A stretch of DNA of 24,144 bases, taken from a virus (taxonomy: Duplodnaviria; Caudoviricetes). Where the stretch lies: positions 1 through 24,144 of IMG/VR virus record IMGVR_UViG_3300006120_000093; one strand, 5' to 3'. The position numbers and the translations under genes are program-made. Within the stretch, counting starts at the first letter, position 1; every line of letters begins with the position of its first letter. The notes below the pieces were generated by a model. It made no database searches and was not told the origin of the DNA. It saw nothing but the letters and a program-made list of their open reading frames with translations. Below are positions 15,241 to 23,517 of the stretch, one piece after another.

Positions 15241-18200
15241 ATGGCCGGATCATTAACAAGAATTAATAATAACCAGATCAGCACCGCACAGAGCGGCAAC
15301 GCATATTTAGGTATCAACGCAGCAACCAAAGTGCAAAGCTACACTATTACAGGTGGTTTGTTAGCAAACAGCTTGACATATGGTTCGGACCTGACAATTT
15401 CAGGTAACTTGACAGTTAGTGGCACTACCACTGCTGTTAATACTGTCAACACATTGATTGTAGATCCGTTGATTGTATTGGCCGACGGTCAAACTTCTGG
15501 TACTCCTACAGTTGACATTGGTTTTGTTGGCCTTCGTGGAAGCCAAAACTCCGCTGTCATGGCCTGGAAAGAAAGTGCTTCACAATTCGTAGCCGCACTG
15601 AGTAACACTGATGCAGGCGGTACTAGTTATAGCAACACCACATTCAATATCAACAGCTATGCTGACTTCAAGGCCAACTCGATTACAGCCAATGCCAACT
15701 TGAACGTGTCTGGTACAACCAGCTTGGTTGGCAACATCATCAGCGGTGCCAATGTAACTGGCAATATCTCCGGTGGTAACATCTTGACCGCAGGTCAAAT
15801 CAGTGCCACAGGCAATATCACAGCAAGTTCCACAGCATTCTTCATTGGTAACGGTAGTCAGCTCACAGGCGTTGCTGCTTCCAGCGCAGGCTTCCCAATC
15901 AGTGCAGGTAACAGCAACATCAACGCTGTTTCCGGCGGCAACATTTCAGTCAGCGTGGCTGGGGTAGCCAACACATTTGTATTTGCCAACGTAGGTTCAT
16001 ATAACACTGGATTTTCAAGTGTCACAGGCAACGTAACCGGCGGCAACATCCTTACAGCTGGTATTGTTAGCTCAACAGGCAATGGCATACATGGTAACAT
16101 CCTAACAGCTGGCTTGGTTAGTGCTACAGGTGCTGTTTATGGCGTAAGTTTTGTTGGCAACGTAGTTGCTACTACAGTCAGTGCTACTGCCAACGTAACA
16201 GGTGGCAACTTAACAACAGCAGGTCAAGTAAGTGCTACTGCCAACGTAACTGGCGGTAACGTACTCACAGCTGGTTTGATCAGTGCCACTGGCACAATCA
16301 CAAGTACTGCCAACATCACAGGTGGCAACATTACCACAGCAGGTCAAGTAAGTGCTACTGCCAACGTAACAGGTGGCAACTTGTTGACAGCTGGTTTGAT
16401 CAGTTCCACTGGCACAATCACCAGTGCTGCCAACGTAACAGGTGGCAATATCCTAACAGCTGGGTTGATCAGTTCCACAGGCACAATCACAAGTACAGCC
16501 AACGTAACAGGTGGCAACTTGTTGACAGGTGGGTTAATTTCAGCTGCAGCTACCGTCACTGGCGGCAATTTGGCTACAAGTGGTACAGCAAGTGCTACAG
16601 GTAACGTAACAGGTGGCAACGTTAATACTGCAGGTCAAGTAAGTGCTACTGCCAACATCACAGGTGGCAACATCTTAACAGCTGGATTGATCAGCTCAAC
16701 CGGTAACGTAACAGGTGGCAACGTTAATACTGCAGGTCAAGTAAGTGCTACTGCCAACATCACAGGTGGCAACATCACAACAGCAGGTCAAGTAAGCGCC
16801 ACAGCCAACGTAACAGGTGGCAACTTGTTGACAGCTGGTTTGATCAGTTCCACTGGTACAATCACAGCCACAGCTAACATTGCTGGTGGCAACATTTTAA
16901 CTGCGGGCGCTGTTAGTGCAACTGGCACAATTACTGGTGGTAATTTAACAATTGCCAACAATGCCACAATCCTTGGCAATTTGAGCGTGGCTGGTAACGT
17001 TACATTTACCAACTCAAACGTAATCACAACTAACGATCTTTATGTTGAACTGGCTAATAATCAAAGTACCTATGCTGGTATCAACGGTGCCGGTTTGAAT
17101 GTGGGTCCTTCTGGAACTCCGTTGACCTACTGGACTTACGGCAACGTGGCCAATGCTTGGTCAACCAACGTGGCCATTACTGCATCACAAACTGTTACCG
17201 GTGGCAATTTAGCTACAGCTGGTACAATTAGTGGTACAGGCAACGTAACAGGTGGCAATATCTTAACAGCAGGTCAAGTAAGTGCTGCTGCCAACATCAC
17301 AGGTGGCAACTTAACAACAGCAGGTCAAGTAAGTGCTACTGCCAACGTAACAGGTGGCAATATCTTAACAGCTGGTCAAATCAGTGCTACAGGCAACATC
17401 ACAGCAAACGCAAGCAGTTACTTTATTGGTAACGGTAGCTTGTTGACAGGCGTTTCTGCTAGTAGCGCTGGATTCCCAATTAGTGCAGGTAACTCAAATA
17501 TTAATGCGTCAACTAACGGTAATATTGCTATTACAGTTGGTGGCACAGCCAACGTGGCAGTGTTTGCTACAACAGGTGAATATGTAACAGGCCAAGTAAG
17601 TGCTAGTGGTAACGTAACTGGTGGCAATATTCTTACAGCCGGTTTGATCAGTGCCACGGGCACTATTACAAGTGCTGCCAATATCACCGGCGGTAATTTG
17701 TTAACAGCCGGATTGATCAGCTCAACTGCCAACGTAACAGGTGGCAATATCACAACAGCTGGTCAAGTAAGTGTCACAGGCAACGTAACCGGCGGCAATA
17801 TCTTAACAGCTGGTTTGATCAGTTCCACTGGCACAATCACCAGTGCTGCCAACGTAACAGGTGGCAATATCTTAACAGCTGGTCAAGTAAGTGCTACAGG
17901 TAACATTTATGGCGGTAACTTAATTGTAACGTCTATTGAAAGTGTCACAGGAAACATCACCGGTGGCAATATCTTAACAGCTGGTTTGATCAGTGCCACA
18001 GGCACCATTACAAGTGCGGCAAACATTACAGGTGGCAATATCACAACAGCTGGTCAAGTAAGTGCTACTGCCAACGTAACAGGTGGCAATATCCTAACAG
18101 CTGGTTTGATCAGTTCCACTGGCACAATCACAAGTGCGGCAAACATTACAGGTGGCAATATCACAACAGCTGGTCAAGTAAGTGCTACTGCCAACGTAAC

Positions 18201-19410
18201 AGGTGGCAATATCCTAACAGCTGGTCAAGTAAGTGCTACTGCCAACGTAACAGGTGGCAATATCCTAACAGCTGGTTTGATCAGTGCCACAGGCAACATT
18301 ACAGGTGGCAATGTTCAAGGCGGCAACATTATATTGACCGGCAACAGTATCAATGAAGTGGCCGCAAACGGTACAATCACTGTAAACGGTGCATTGGCCA
18401 ACACAAACTTTGCTGTAAGTGGATTGAGTGGAAATGTGTTCTTTGTTAACGCAAGTACAAACACAGCCAGCTTTGGTAACAGTACTCAAACGACCAATGC
18501 AATTGTGGCATTTAATGCAACCAACTCAATCTTGATGCCAGTTGGTAACACAGCACAGCGTCCGGGTACAGGTGTAACAGGTATGTTACGTTTCAATACT
18601 ACACTCAACAGTTTTGAAACCTATTACGGCGGCAGTTGGTCCAACGTAGGTGCTCCAAGCTTCACCGTTATTGCTAGCGACTCCTTTACCGGTACAGGCT
18701 CTCAAACAGTGTTTACTTTGAGCTCTAGCCAAACAACCAACAGTTGTATGGTCAGCATCAACGGTATTACACAGTTGCCAACTACAGCTTACGCTGTAAG
18801 TGGTACAACACTCACATTTACTGAAGCTCCACAAGTTGGCGATCAGATTGAAGTTCGTGAGTTCACCACAACAACCAGTGTAACCAGTTTGGCAAACGGT
18901 AGTACCAGCATTACACTTGATGGCACCAATATCAACGTTACTGGTAACTTTAACCCAACAGGCAACGGTACAGCCAACATCGGCAACGCTACAAACACCT
19001 TCAACACAGTGTTTGCTAAGGCTACAACAGCACAGTACGCTGACTTGGCAGAGAAATATGTAGGTGATGCAGCTTACGAACCTGGTACAGTTGTTGACTT
19101 TGGTGGCGACTTTGAAGTTACTGTCAGCAGTTCAGATATGAGCACACAAGTTGCTGGTGTTGTTTCCACAAATCCTGGATTTATCATGAACGAAGGATTA
19201 GAAAGTGTCAACGCAGTGGCCGTAGCGTTTACAGGTCGTGTACCATGTAAGGTTACAGGTTATGTACACAAGGGTGACTTGATGGTATCAAACGGTGACG
19301 GTACAGCTCGTAGCGAATCCGATCCTGTAGTGGGTTCTGTAATTGGTAAAGCTCTTGCAGACTTTGAAGGCGAAACAGGCGTTATTGAAGTGGTAGTAGG
19401 TCGCTTCTAA
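15241..19410 (+). CDS. Long repetitive fibre protein with C-terminal Peptidase_G2-like intramolecular chaperone (1389 aa)
   Basis: Start reassigned to ATG 15241 (SD GGAGA). Many ANVTGGN(I/L)(L/T)TAG(Q/L)(V/I)S(A/S)T repeats. C-terminus YADLAEKY..GTVV.FGG..EVT..VAGVVSTNP..GRVPCKV..KGDLMVS..VIGKAL..IEVVVGR. Confidence 0.85.
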   Translation: MAGSLTRINNNQISTAQSGNAYLGINAATKVQSYTITGGLLANSLTYGSDLTISGNLTVSGTTTAVNTVNTLIVDPLIVLADGQTSGTPTVDIGFVGLRGSQNSAVMAWKESASQFVAALSNTDAGGTSYSNTTFNINSYADFKANSITANANLNVSGTTSLVGNIISGANVTGNISGGNILTAGQISATGNITASSTAFFIGNGSQLTGVAASSAGFPISAGNSNINAVSGGNISVSVAGVANTFVFANVGSYNTGFSSVTGNVTGGNILTAGIVSSTGNGIHGNILTAGLVSATGAVYGVSFVGNVVATTVSATANVTGGNLTTAGQVSATANVTGGNVLTAGLISATGTITSTANITGGNITTAGQVSATANVTGGNLLTAGLISSTGTITSAANVTGGNILTAGLISSTGTITSTANVTGGNLLTGGLISAAATVTGGNLATSGTASATGNVTGGNVNTAGQVSATANITGGNILTAGLISSTGNVTGGNVNTAGQVSATANITGGNITTAGQVSATANVTGGNLLTAGLISSTGTITATANIAGGNILTAGAVSATGTITGGNLTIANNATILGNLSVAGNVTFTNSNVITTNDLYVELANNQSTYAGINGAGLNVGPSGTPLTYWTYGNVANAWSTNVAITASQTVTGGNLATAGTISGTGNVTGGNILTAGQVSAAANITGGNLTTAGQVSATANVTGGNILTAGQISATGNITANASSYFIGNGSLLTGVSASSAGFPISAGNSNINASTNGNIAITVGGTANVAVFATTGEYVTGQVSASGNVTGGNILTAGLISATGTITSAANITGGNLLTAGLISSTANVTGGNITTAGQVSVTGNVTGGNILTAGLISSTGTITSAANVTGGNILTAGQVSATGNIYGGNLIVTSIESVTGNITGGNILTAGLISATGTITSAANITGGNITTAGQVSATANVTGGNILTAGLISSTGTITSAANITGGNITTAGQVSATANVTGGNILTAGQVSATANVTGGNILTAGLISATGNITGGNVQGGNIILTGNSINEVAANGTITVNGALANTNFAVSGLSGNVFFVNASTNTASFGNSTQTTNAIVAFNATNSILMPVGNTAQRPGTGVTGMLRFNTTLNSFETYYGGSWSNVGAPSFTVIASDSFTGTGSQTVFTLSSSQTTNSCMVSINGITQLPTTAYAVSGTTLTFTEAPQVGDQIEVREFTTTTSVTSLANGSTSITLDGTNINVTGNFNPTGNGTANIGNATNTFNTVFAKATTAQYADLAEKYVGDAAYEPGTVVDFGGDFEVTVSSSDMSTQVAGVVSTNPGFIMNEGLESVNAVAVAFTGRVPCKVTGYVHKGDLMVSNGDGTARSESDPVVGSVIGKALADFEGETGVIEVVVGRF
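16180..16945 (+). repeat. Intragenic coding repeat array 1 (51-nt and 69-nt units); boundaries approximate
   Basis: Unit GCCAACGTAACAGGTGGCAAC...GGTCAAGTAAGTGCTACT; exact 75-nt duplication 16600-16674 = 16702-16776. Confidence 0.9.
17200..18310 (+). repeat. Intragenic coding repeat array 2, interrupted at about 17400-17590; boundaries approximate
   Basis: Same units as array 1; exact 96-nt duplication 18010-18105 = 18130-18225. Confidence 0.9.
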
Positions 19411-19428
19411 ACAGTAGAAATACTGGTT

Positions 19429-19460
19429 AAAATAGGACTCCTTGGGAGTCCTATTTTTTT
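19429..19460 (+). terminator. Rho-independent terminator
   Basis: AAAATAGGACTC-CTTGG-GAGTCCTATTTTTTT, preceded by a small hairpin CAGTA-GAAA-TACTG (19412-19425). Confidence 0.85.
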
Positions 19461-19463
19461 GAC

Positions 19464-19469
19464 TAAATA
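19464..19469 (+). promoter_or_regulatory. Late-promoter-like TAAATA
   Basis: Immediately after the terminator and 25 nt before ATG 19495. Confidence 0.55.
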
Positions 19470-19494
19470 CTAGCAAGATATTAATGGATAACAC

Positions 19495-21030
19495 ATGGGA
19501 TTAACAAGACCTCGCGCTTCGCAAATATATAATCTGGATTACAAGCAAGCCACTCGTGTTGTAACAACTACCAACATCACACTGGTGGGCGGCGCTCCTA
19601 GTGTAGTAGACGGTGTCACGCTGAGTTTAAATGATCGAGTTCTGGTCACAGGACAAAACACCGGTAGTCAAAACGGAATTTATTTTGTCAGTACAGTGGG
19701 GTCAGGATCAACGGGTACCTGGACCTTAGCTTATGATGACAACACCACCGGCGAAGTTGATGCCGGCATGATTGTTATGGTCACTGAAGGCTCAGTCTAT
19801 GCCGACACACAATGGAAGCTGATTACTGATAATCCCATTGTGATTGGCACAACTGCCCTAACATTTACTCAAAATTATCTGGCCAATGCCATCATAGCCG
19901 GCACCAGTAATGTGTCAGTACAATCCAACGCCAATGTGACCATAAGTTCAGCCGGCACAGCCAATGTGCTAACCGTCAGTTCAACTGGAACGGTCGTAAA
20001 AGGCACAGAGTCAGTCACCGGTAACATCACAGCCGGCAATGTGCTCACAGGTGGATTACTTTCAGTGACCGGTAATATCTATACCGGTAACATCCTGACC
20101 AACGGCTATTTTTATGCCAACGGTACGGCATTCGGTGGTGGTGGCGGCGGAACTCCGGGTGGTGCCAATACTCAAATACAATACAACAATGCTGGAGCAT
20201 TTGGTGGATCGGCAGCATTTACCTTCAACAATACCACTAATACTATTGCTACAACCGGAATATTTAGTGCCACGGGCAACATCACTGGCGGTAATATATT
20301 AACCGGTGGTATCATAAGTGCCAGCGGTAATATTGCTACCACCGGCAATATCACAGCTGGTGGCTATATCACCAACTCCACTTACATAAGTACCAATACA
20401 TTAAGTGCTGTGGGCGCAGTAATTACAGGTAATATCACAGGTGGCAATATTCTTACAGCCGGTATTGTAAGTTCAACTGGCAATGCTACTCATGGCAACT
20501 TAATCACAGCTGGTACTTTGACCGTCAACTCAGGCAATGCTGTAACAGCCATAGTCAATGGTGGCGGTAATGGCGTAGGTAATATTGGCAGCTCAACAGC
20601 CACATTCAACACAATATTTGCCAAAGCTACCACAGCACAATACGCCGATTTGGCAGAAATGTACTGCGCCGATGACTTTTATCCTCCTGGCACAGTGGTT
20701 GAATTTGGCGGCACCAGTGAAATCACCATTACCACCACAAGTCACAGCACCGCCGTGGCCGGCATTATTAGTACTAATCCCAGCTACTTGATGAACAGCA
20801 CCATTGCCTGCGAAATCAATGCCGTAGAGGTTGCCTTGGTTGGTCGAGTTCCGTGTCAAGTGGTTGGCACCATCCGTAAAGGTGACCGCCTGGTATCTAG
20901 TAAAATTCCTGGAACAGCACAGGCTATGAATCCAGCTCTGTACGAACCTGGTTGCATTGTGGGCAAGGCCTTGGAAGATTATAATTCAGCCGAGCCCGGC
21001 ATTATAGAAGTAGCGGTAGGGAGAATCTAA
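19495..21030 (+). CDS. Fibre protein with C-terminal Peptidase_G2-like chaperone (511 aa)
   Basis: N-terminal phage fibre domain (LDYKQATRVVTTTNITL..VDGVTL...DRVLVTGQ....QNGIY), GNITGGNILT repeats, and a YADLAEMY...GRVPCQV..KGDRLVSS..IVGKAL C-terminus. Confidence 0.85.
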   Translation: MGLTRPRASQIYNLDYKQATRVVTTTNITLVGGAPSVVDGVTLSLNDRVLVTGQNTGSQNGIYFVSTVGSGSTGTWTLAYDDNTTGEVDAGMIVMVTEGSVYADTQWKLITDNPIVIGTTALTFTQNYLANAIIAGTSNVSVQSNANVTISSAGTANVLTVSSTGTVVKGTESVTGNITAGNVLTGGLLSVTGNIYTGNILTNGYFYANGTAFGGGGGGTPGGANTQIQYNNAGAFGGSAAFTFNNTTNTIATTGIFSATGNITGGNILTGGIISASGNIATTGNITAGGYITNSTYISTNTLSAVGAVITGNITGGNILTAGIVSSTGNATHGNLITAGTLTVNSGNAVTAIVNGGGNGVGNIGSSTATFNTIFAKATTAQYADLAEMYCADDFYPPGTVVEFGGTSEITITTTSHSTAVAGIISTNPSYLMNSTIACEINAVEVALVGRVPCQVVGTIRKGDRLVSSKIPGTAQAMNPALYEPGCIVGKALEDYNSAEPGIIEVAVGRI

Positions 21031-21695
21031 TGGACACTAGATATCGATCCGACTACGCTGGAGAATTTGTTGTATTGGAAAGTCGTCGCGTCAACGGTTG
21101 TAAAGAAGAAAAACGCGAATGGATTGCCAATCCAATTGAAAATCAACATATTTCGGGACGTGCTGCCTGCATTGGCAGCAGTATTGATCGTGATGAACAG
21201 TTTAGCTATGTGCGATTACAACGTCATCGCGGTGGCCTGTTAGGATCAAAAAAATTACAGACCTATGGTGTAGGCGAGATAACCCAAGAGATGCGCTTGG
21301 ATTTTGCTGTAGAAACCAATCCAGCAATGCTAGAGCAAATTGTTGCTTCTGGCTACCAAGAAAACAACGTAATCTATACCACTGCTCGTAATTGCATTGT
21401 ACATCCAGGAGAATTCTATCTAATTCCACAAAATCCAAATCTGGTTGATATAGCTACATGCCTGTACTTGGCTGCGTTTGACGGGCATCAAGAAGTGTTT
21501 ATGTTGGGCTACACCGATGAAACTCCAGTACAAAGCATAAATTGGAAAAATCATGTGCAGGCTGTACTTGAAGCTTATCCTGGCACTGTGTTTTATTTTG
21601 TAGGACAAGAACAAAACGTACCAGATGCCTGGCTAGAAACAAACAACTCCAGATGCATCAATTACAAAGAATTCATTAGCTATTGTGATGTTTGA
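21030..21695 (+). CDS. Maf/DUF115 (CstII-sialyltransferase-like fold) protein, divergent
   Basis: TAATG-coupled to the fibre gene. RAACIGSS, LQTYGVGEI...LDFAV and ATCLYLAAFDGHQEVFMLGY match the order of the 'IGNGxS / YGCN / A.YLA..G...IYLLGFD' motifs, with substitutions. The CDS is solid; the function is tentative. Confidence 0.55.
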   Translation: MDTRYRSDYAGEFVVLESRRVNGCKEEKREWIANPIENQHISGRAACIGSSIDRDEQFSYVRLQRHRGGLLGSKKLQTYGVGEITQEMRLDFAVETNPAMLEQIVASGYQENNVIYTTARNCIVHPGEFYLIPQNPNLVDIATCLYLAAFDGHQEVFMLGYTDETPVQSINWKNHVQAVLEAYPGTVFYFVGQEQNVPDAWLETNNSRCINYKEFISYCDV

Positions 21696-22120
21696 ACCAG
21701 CTGTTCTATAGTTGAAATTTTATCTCGCACCGCATCAAAATTTACAGTTGACCATAGCCCCGGATGCATGGGTTTGGGCCAAGTGCCCGATGCAATCCAT
21801 GCATAGCCCAGGTGCTCGTTGTTTAATTCAGGTACAAATTCTTTGGCTACACTACAAAAAAACGTGTGATAGGCAAAGCCGGCATCAGCTGTGGTAAATT
21901 TTTCCAGAGGCACCAGGCGTAAGTAATCGGGCATTGACCCTAACTCTTCCTGACATTCACGGATCATGGTATCAATTAAGGTTTCCCCTGGGTCGCTTTT
22001 GCCACCGGGCAAGCCCCAGGTATTGGGATGCTTGGGATCGTTGCGCATGAGATATAGATACCTCTGAGTATCCACACTGTAAAACCAAACGCCCACGGCT
22101 GTTATAGTACCAGGTTCCAT
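21680..22120 (-). CDS. Nudix hydrolase (146 aa)
   Basis: Start reassigned to ATG 22120 (SD AGGAGG). Nudix box WGLPGGKSDPGETLIDTMIRECQEELG; also LNNEHLGYAW and PMHPG. Confidence 0.9.
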   Translation of the reverse strand: MEPGTITAVGVWFYSVDTQRYLYLMRNDPKHPNTWGLPGGKSDPGETLIDTMIRECQEELGSMPDYLRLVPLEKFTTADAGFAYHTFFCSVAKEFVPELNNEHLGYAWIASGTWPKPMHPGLWSTVNFDAVRDKISTIEQLVQTSQ

Positions 22121-23517
22121 TGGCCTCCTGGATAAAGACCTTGATAACTTTTGACCCACATGCTGCCAGTCCAGCGGTACTGTATTTCTGTGGTGATGTT
22201 GGTCACGTACTGTAGATTATCAGGACTTGATGTACTGTCAAAGGCTACGTTCCATCGCACACCATCATATTCAATAATGTCATTGGCATGTGCTACTAGA
22301 GGTTGTCCACCGGTCCCAGTCCAAGCCACTGGATTATCGCCAGCTGGATTGTCCCATGAACCGGTATCTTCGGTCAGCAAATAGCGTTGTCCAGCAGCAG
22401 ATGCAATTAGACCAGCACCAGGGCCACTAACTAACGGATCAATTACTGCATCCACTGGTGTCAAGGTGTTGCCGGGAACAGTTCCAGTATTGACTGTAAA
22501 CAACAAAAATCTATCATCAGTTGGGTCGTATGCCACGGTACCCATCACATCGGTACCATCGGGTTGTTGCAAGGTCACGTAACTGATACCGGGCCTTAGC
22601 GTTCCGTACATATTGACAATATCGTGCCATAGCAAATTGGTCGGTGGGCTGTCGGCTGGTGTCAGGCTAGAATTAGGTTCGTCTATTATGTTGTCTGAAC
22701 GCAAGGCCTGTAACTTGTTATCAATTAACAGGACCTGGTAACCAAACGGAGTAAACAGTTGCCGTGTGCCCAACAAGAGATCGCTTTCTAACAAGGCATT
22801 GTTAAGGTCGCCACTGGCATCATAGACTGACGCAATGATACGCTCAACTACACCCAGTTTCTTGACCTTGGCCGGACTGGTGAGCCAAACAGGTAGTTTG
22901 AATGTCAGGGTAGCAATGTCGATGGGGTTTTCGGTGCCCACCGGAATAGTACGGCTACTCCAGTTGCTGTTGTCCAGGTACAAGACAGAAAGACTGGTCC
23001 AGTCTAAAAAATTGTCAGTGCTCTGTATTTCCAAGCTGGGGTTAAACAAGACTAGGATCTGTTCCAACAACTGCATTTTTTGATTAGTATTACTAGTCCA
23101 AATATCCAATTTTATTGTGAGTTCGTATGGTACTGGCATCAAGCGATCGATACTGAATGCATTGCCCTGTGTGGTTTCATACGTGCCAGTATTACTGTCA
23201 TAGGTACGCTGACGCACCTGTATAGTGTTTATAAAATTGGGTTCTTGGATTCGTGGACGATCATATTTTAAATCAGTGATGTAAAACGTCATCAAGGGTG
23301 TGGCTGGCATATTGCTAGCCGAATTATTTTGTAGTATGGTCTGGGCCTGTCGGCTAGCATCACCATACCTGACTGGTACTCTTACTAAGGTATCTGCGGT
23401 AGATCCGGGTCCTTGACCGGCTTCGTTGGTGCCAAACTCTACACTAAAGTTGGAAAATATTCTAGCAAACTGTAACAGGAAGCGACGAAGCTGTTCGTCA
23501 TAAAAGAATTGTGACAT
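22102..23517 (-). CDS. gp15: T4 gp15-like tail sheath stabiliser / tail terminator with C-terminal extension
   Basis: FFYDEQLRRFLLQFARIFSNF, RVPVRYGD, PVPYELTIKLDIW, QLLEQILVLFNP; lies downstream of a neck-like gene. Confidence 0.8.
   Translation of the reverse strand: MSQFFYDEQLRRFLLQFARIFSNFSVEFGTNEAGQGPGSTADTLVRVPVRYGDASRQAQTILQNNSASNMPATPLMTFYITDLKYDRPRIQEPNFINTIQVRQRTYDSNTGTYETTQGNAFSIDRLMPVPYELTIKLDIWTSNTNQKMQLLEQILVLFNPSLEIQSTDNFLDWTSLSVLYLDNSNWSSRTIPVGTENPIDIATLTFKLPVWLTSPAKVKKLGVVERIIASVYDASGDLNNALLESDLLLGTRQLFTPFGYQVLLIDNKLQALRSDNIIDEPNSSLTPADSPPTNLLWHDIVNMYGTLRPGISYVTLQQPDGTDVMGTVAYDPTDDRFLLFTVNTGTVPGNTLTPVDAVIDPLVSGPGAGLIASAAGQRYLLTEDTGSWDNPAGDNPVAWTGTGGQPLVAHANDIIEYDGVRWNVAFDSTSSPDNLQYVTNITTEIQYRWTGSMWVKSYQGLYPGGQWNLVL

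Noticed and set aside
14868-15329. 153-aa minus-strand ORF spanning the structured intergenic region
   Set aside because: Overlaps two real plus-strand genes, with no motif or start signal.
16180-18310. Possible CRISPR array
   Set aside because: Repeats are in-frame coding units with periods divisible by 3, no unique spacers and no cas genes.
19459-19490. TTGACT as a sigma70 -35 element
   Set aside because: No acceptable -10 at 16-18 nt spacing; the hexamer arises from the terminator T-tract.
18990-21030. Possible diversity-generating retroelement TR/VR pair in the similar fibre C-termini
   Set aside because: Both copies are coding, the differences are not adenine-specific, and no reverse transcriptase is present in the window.
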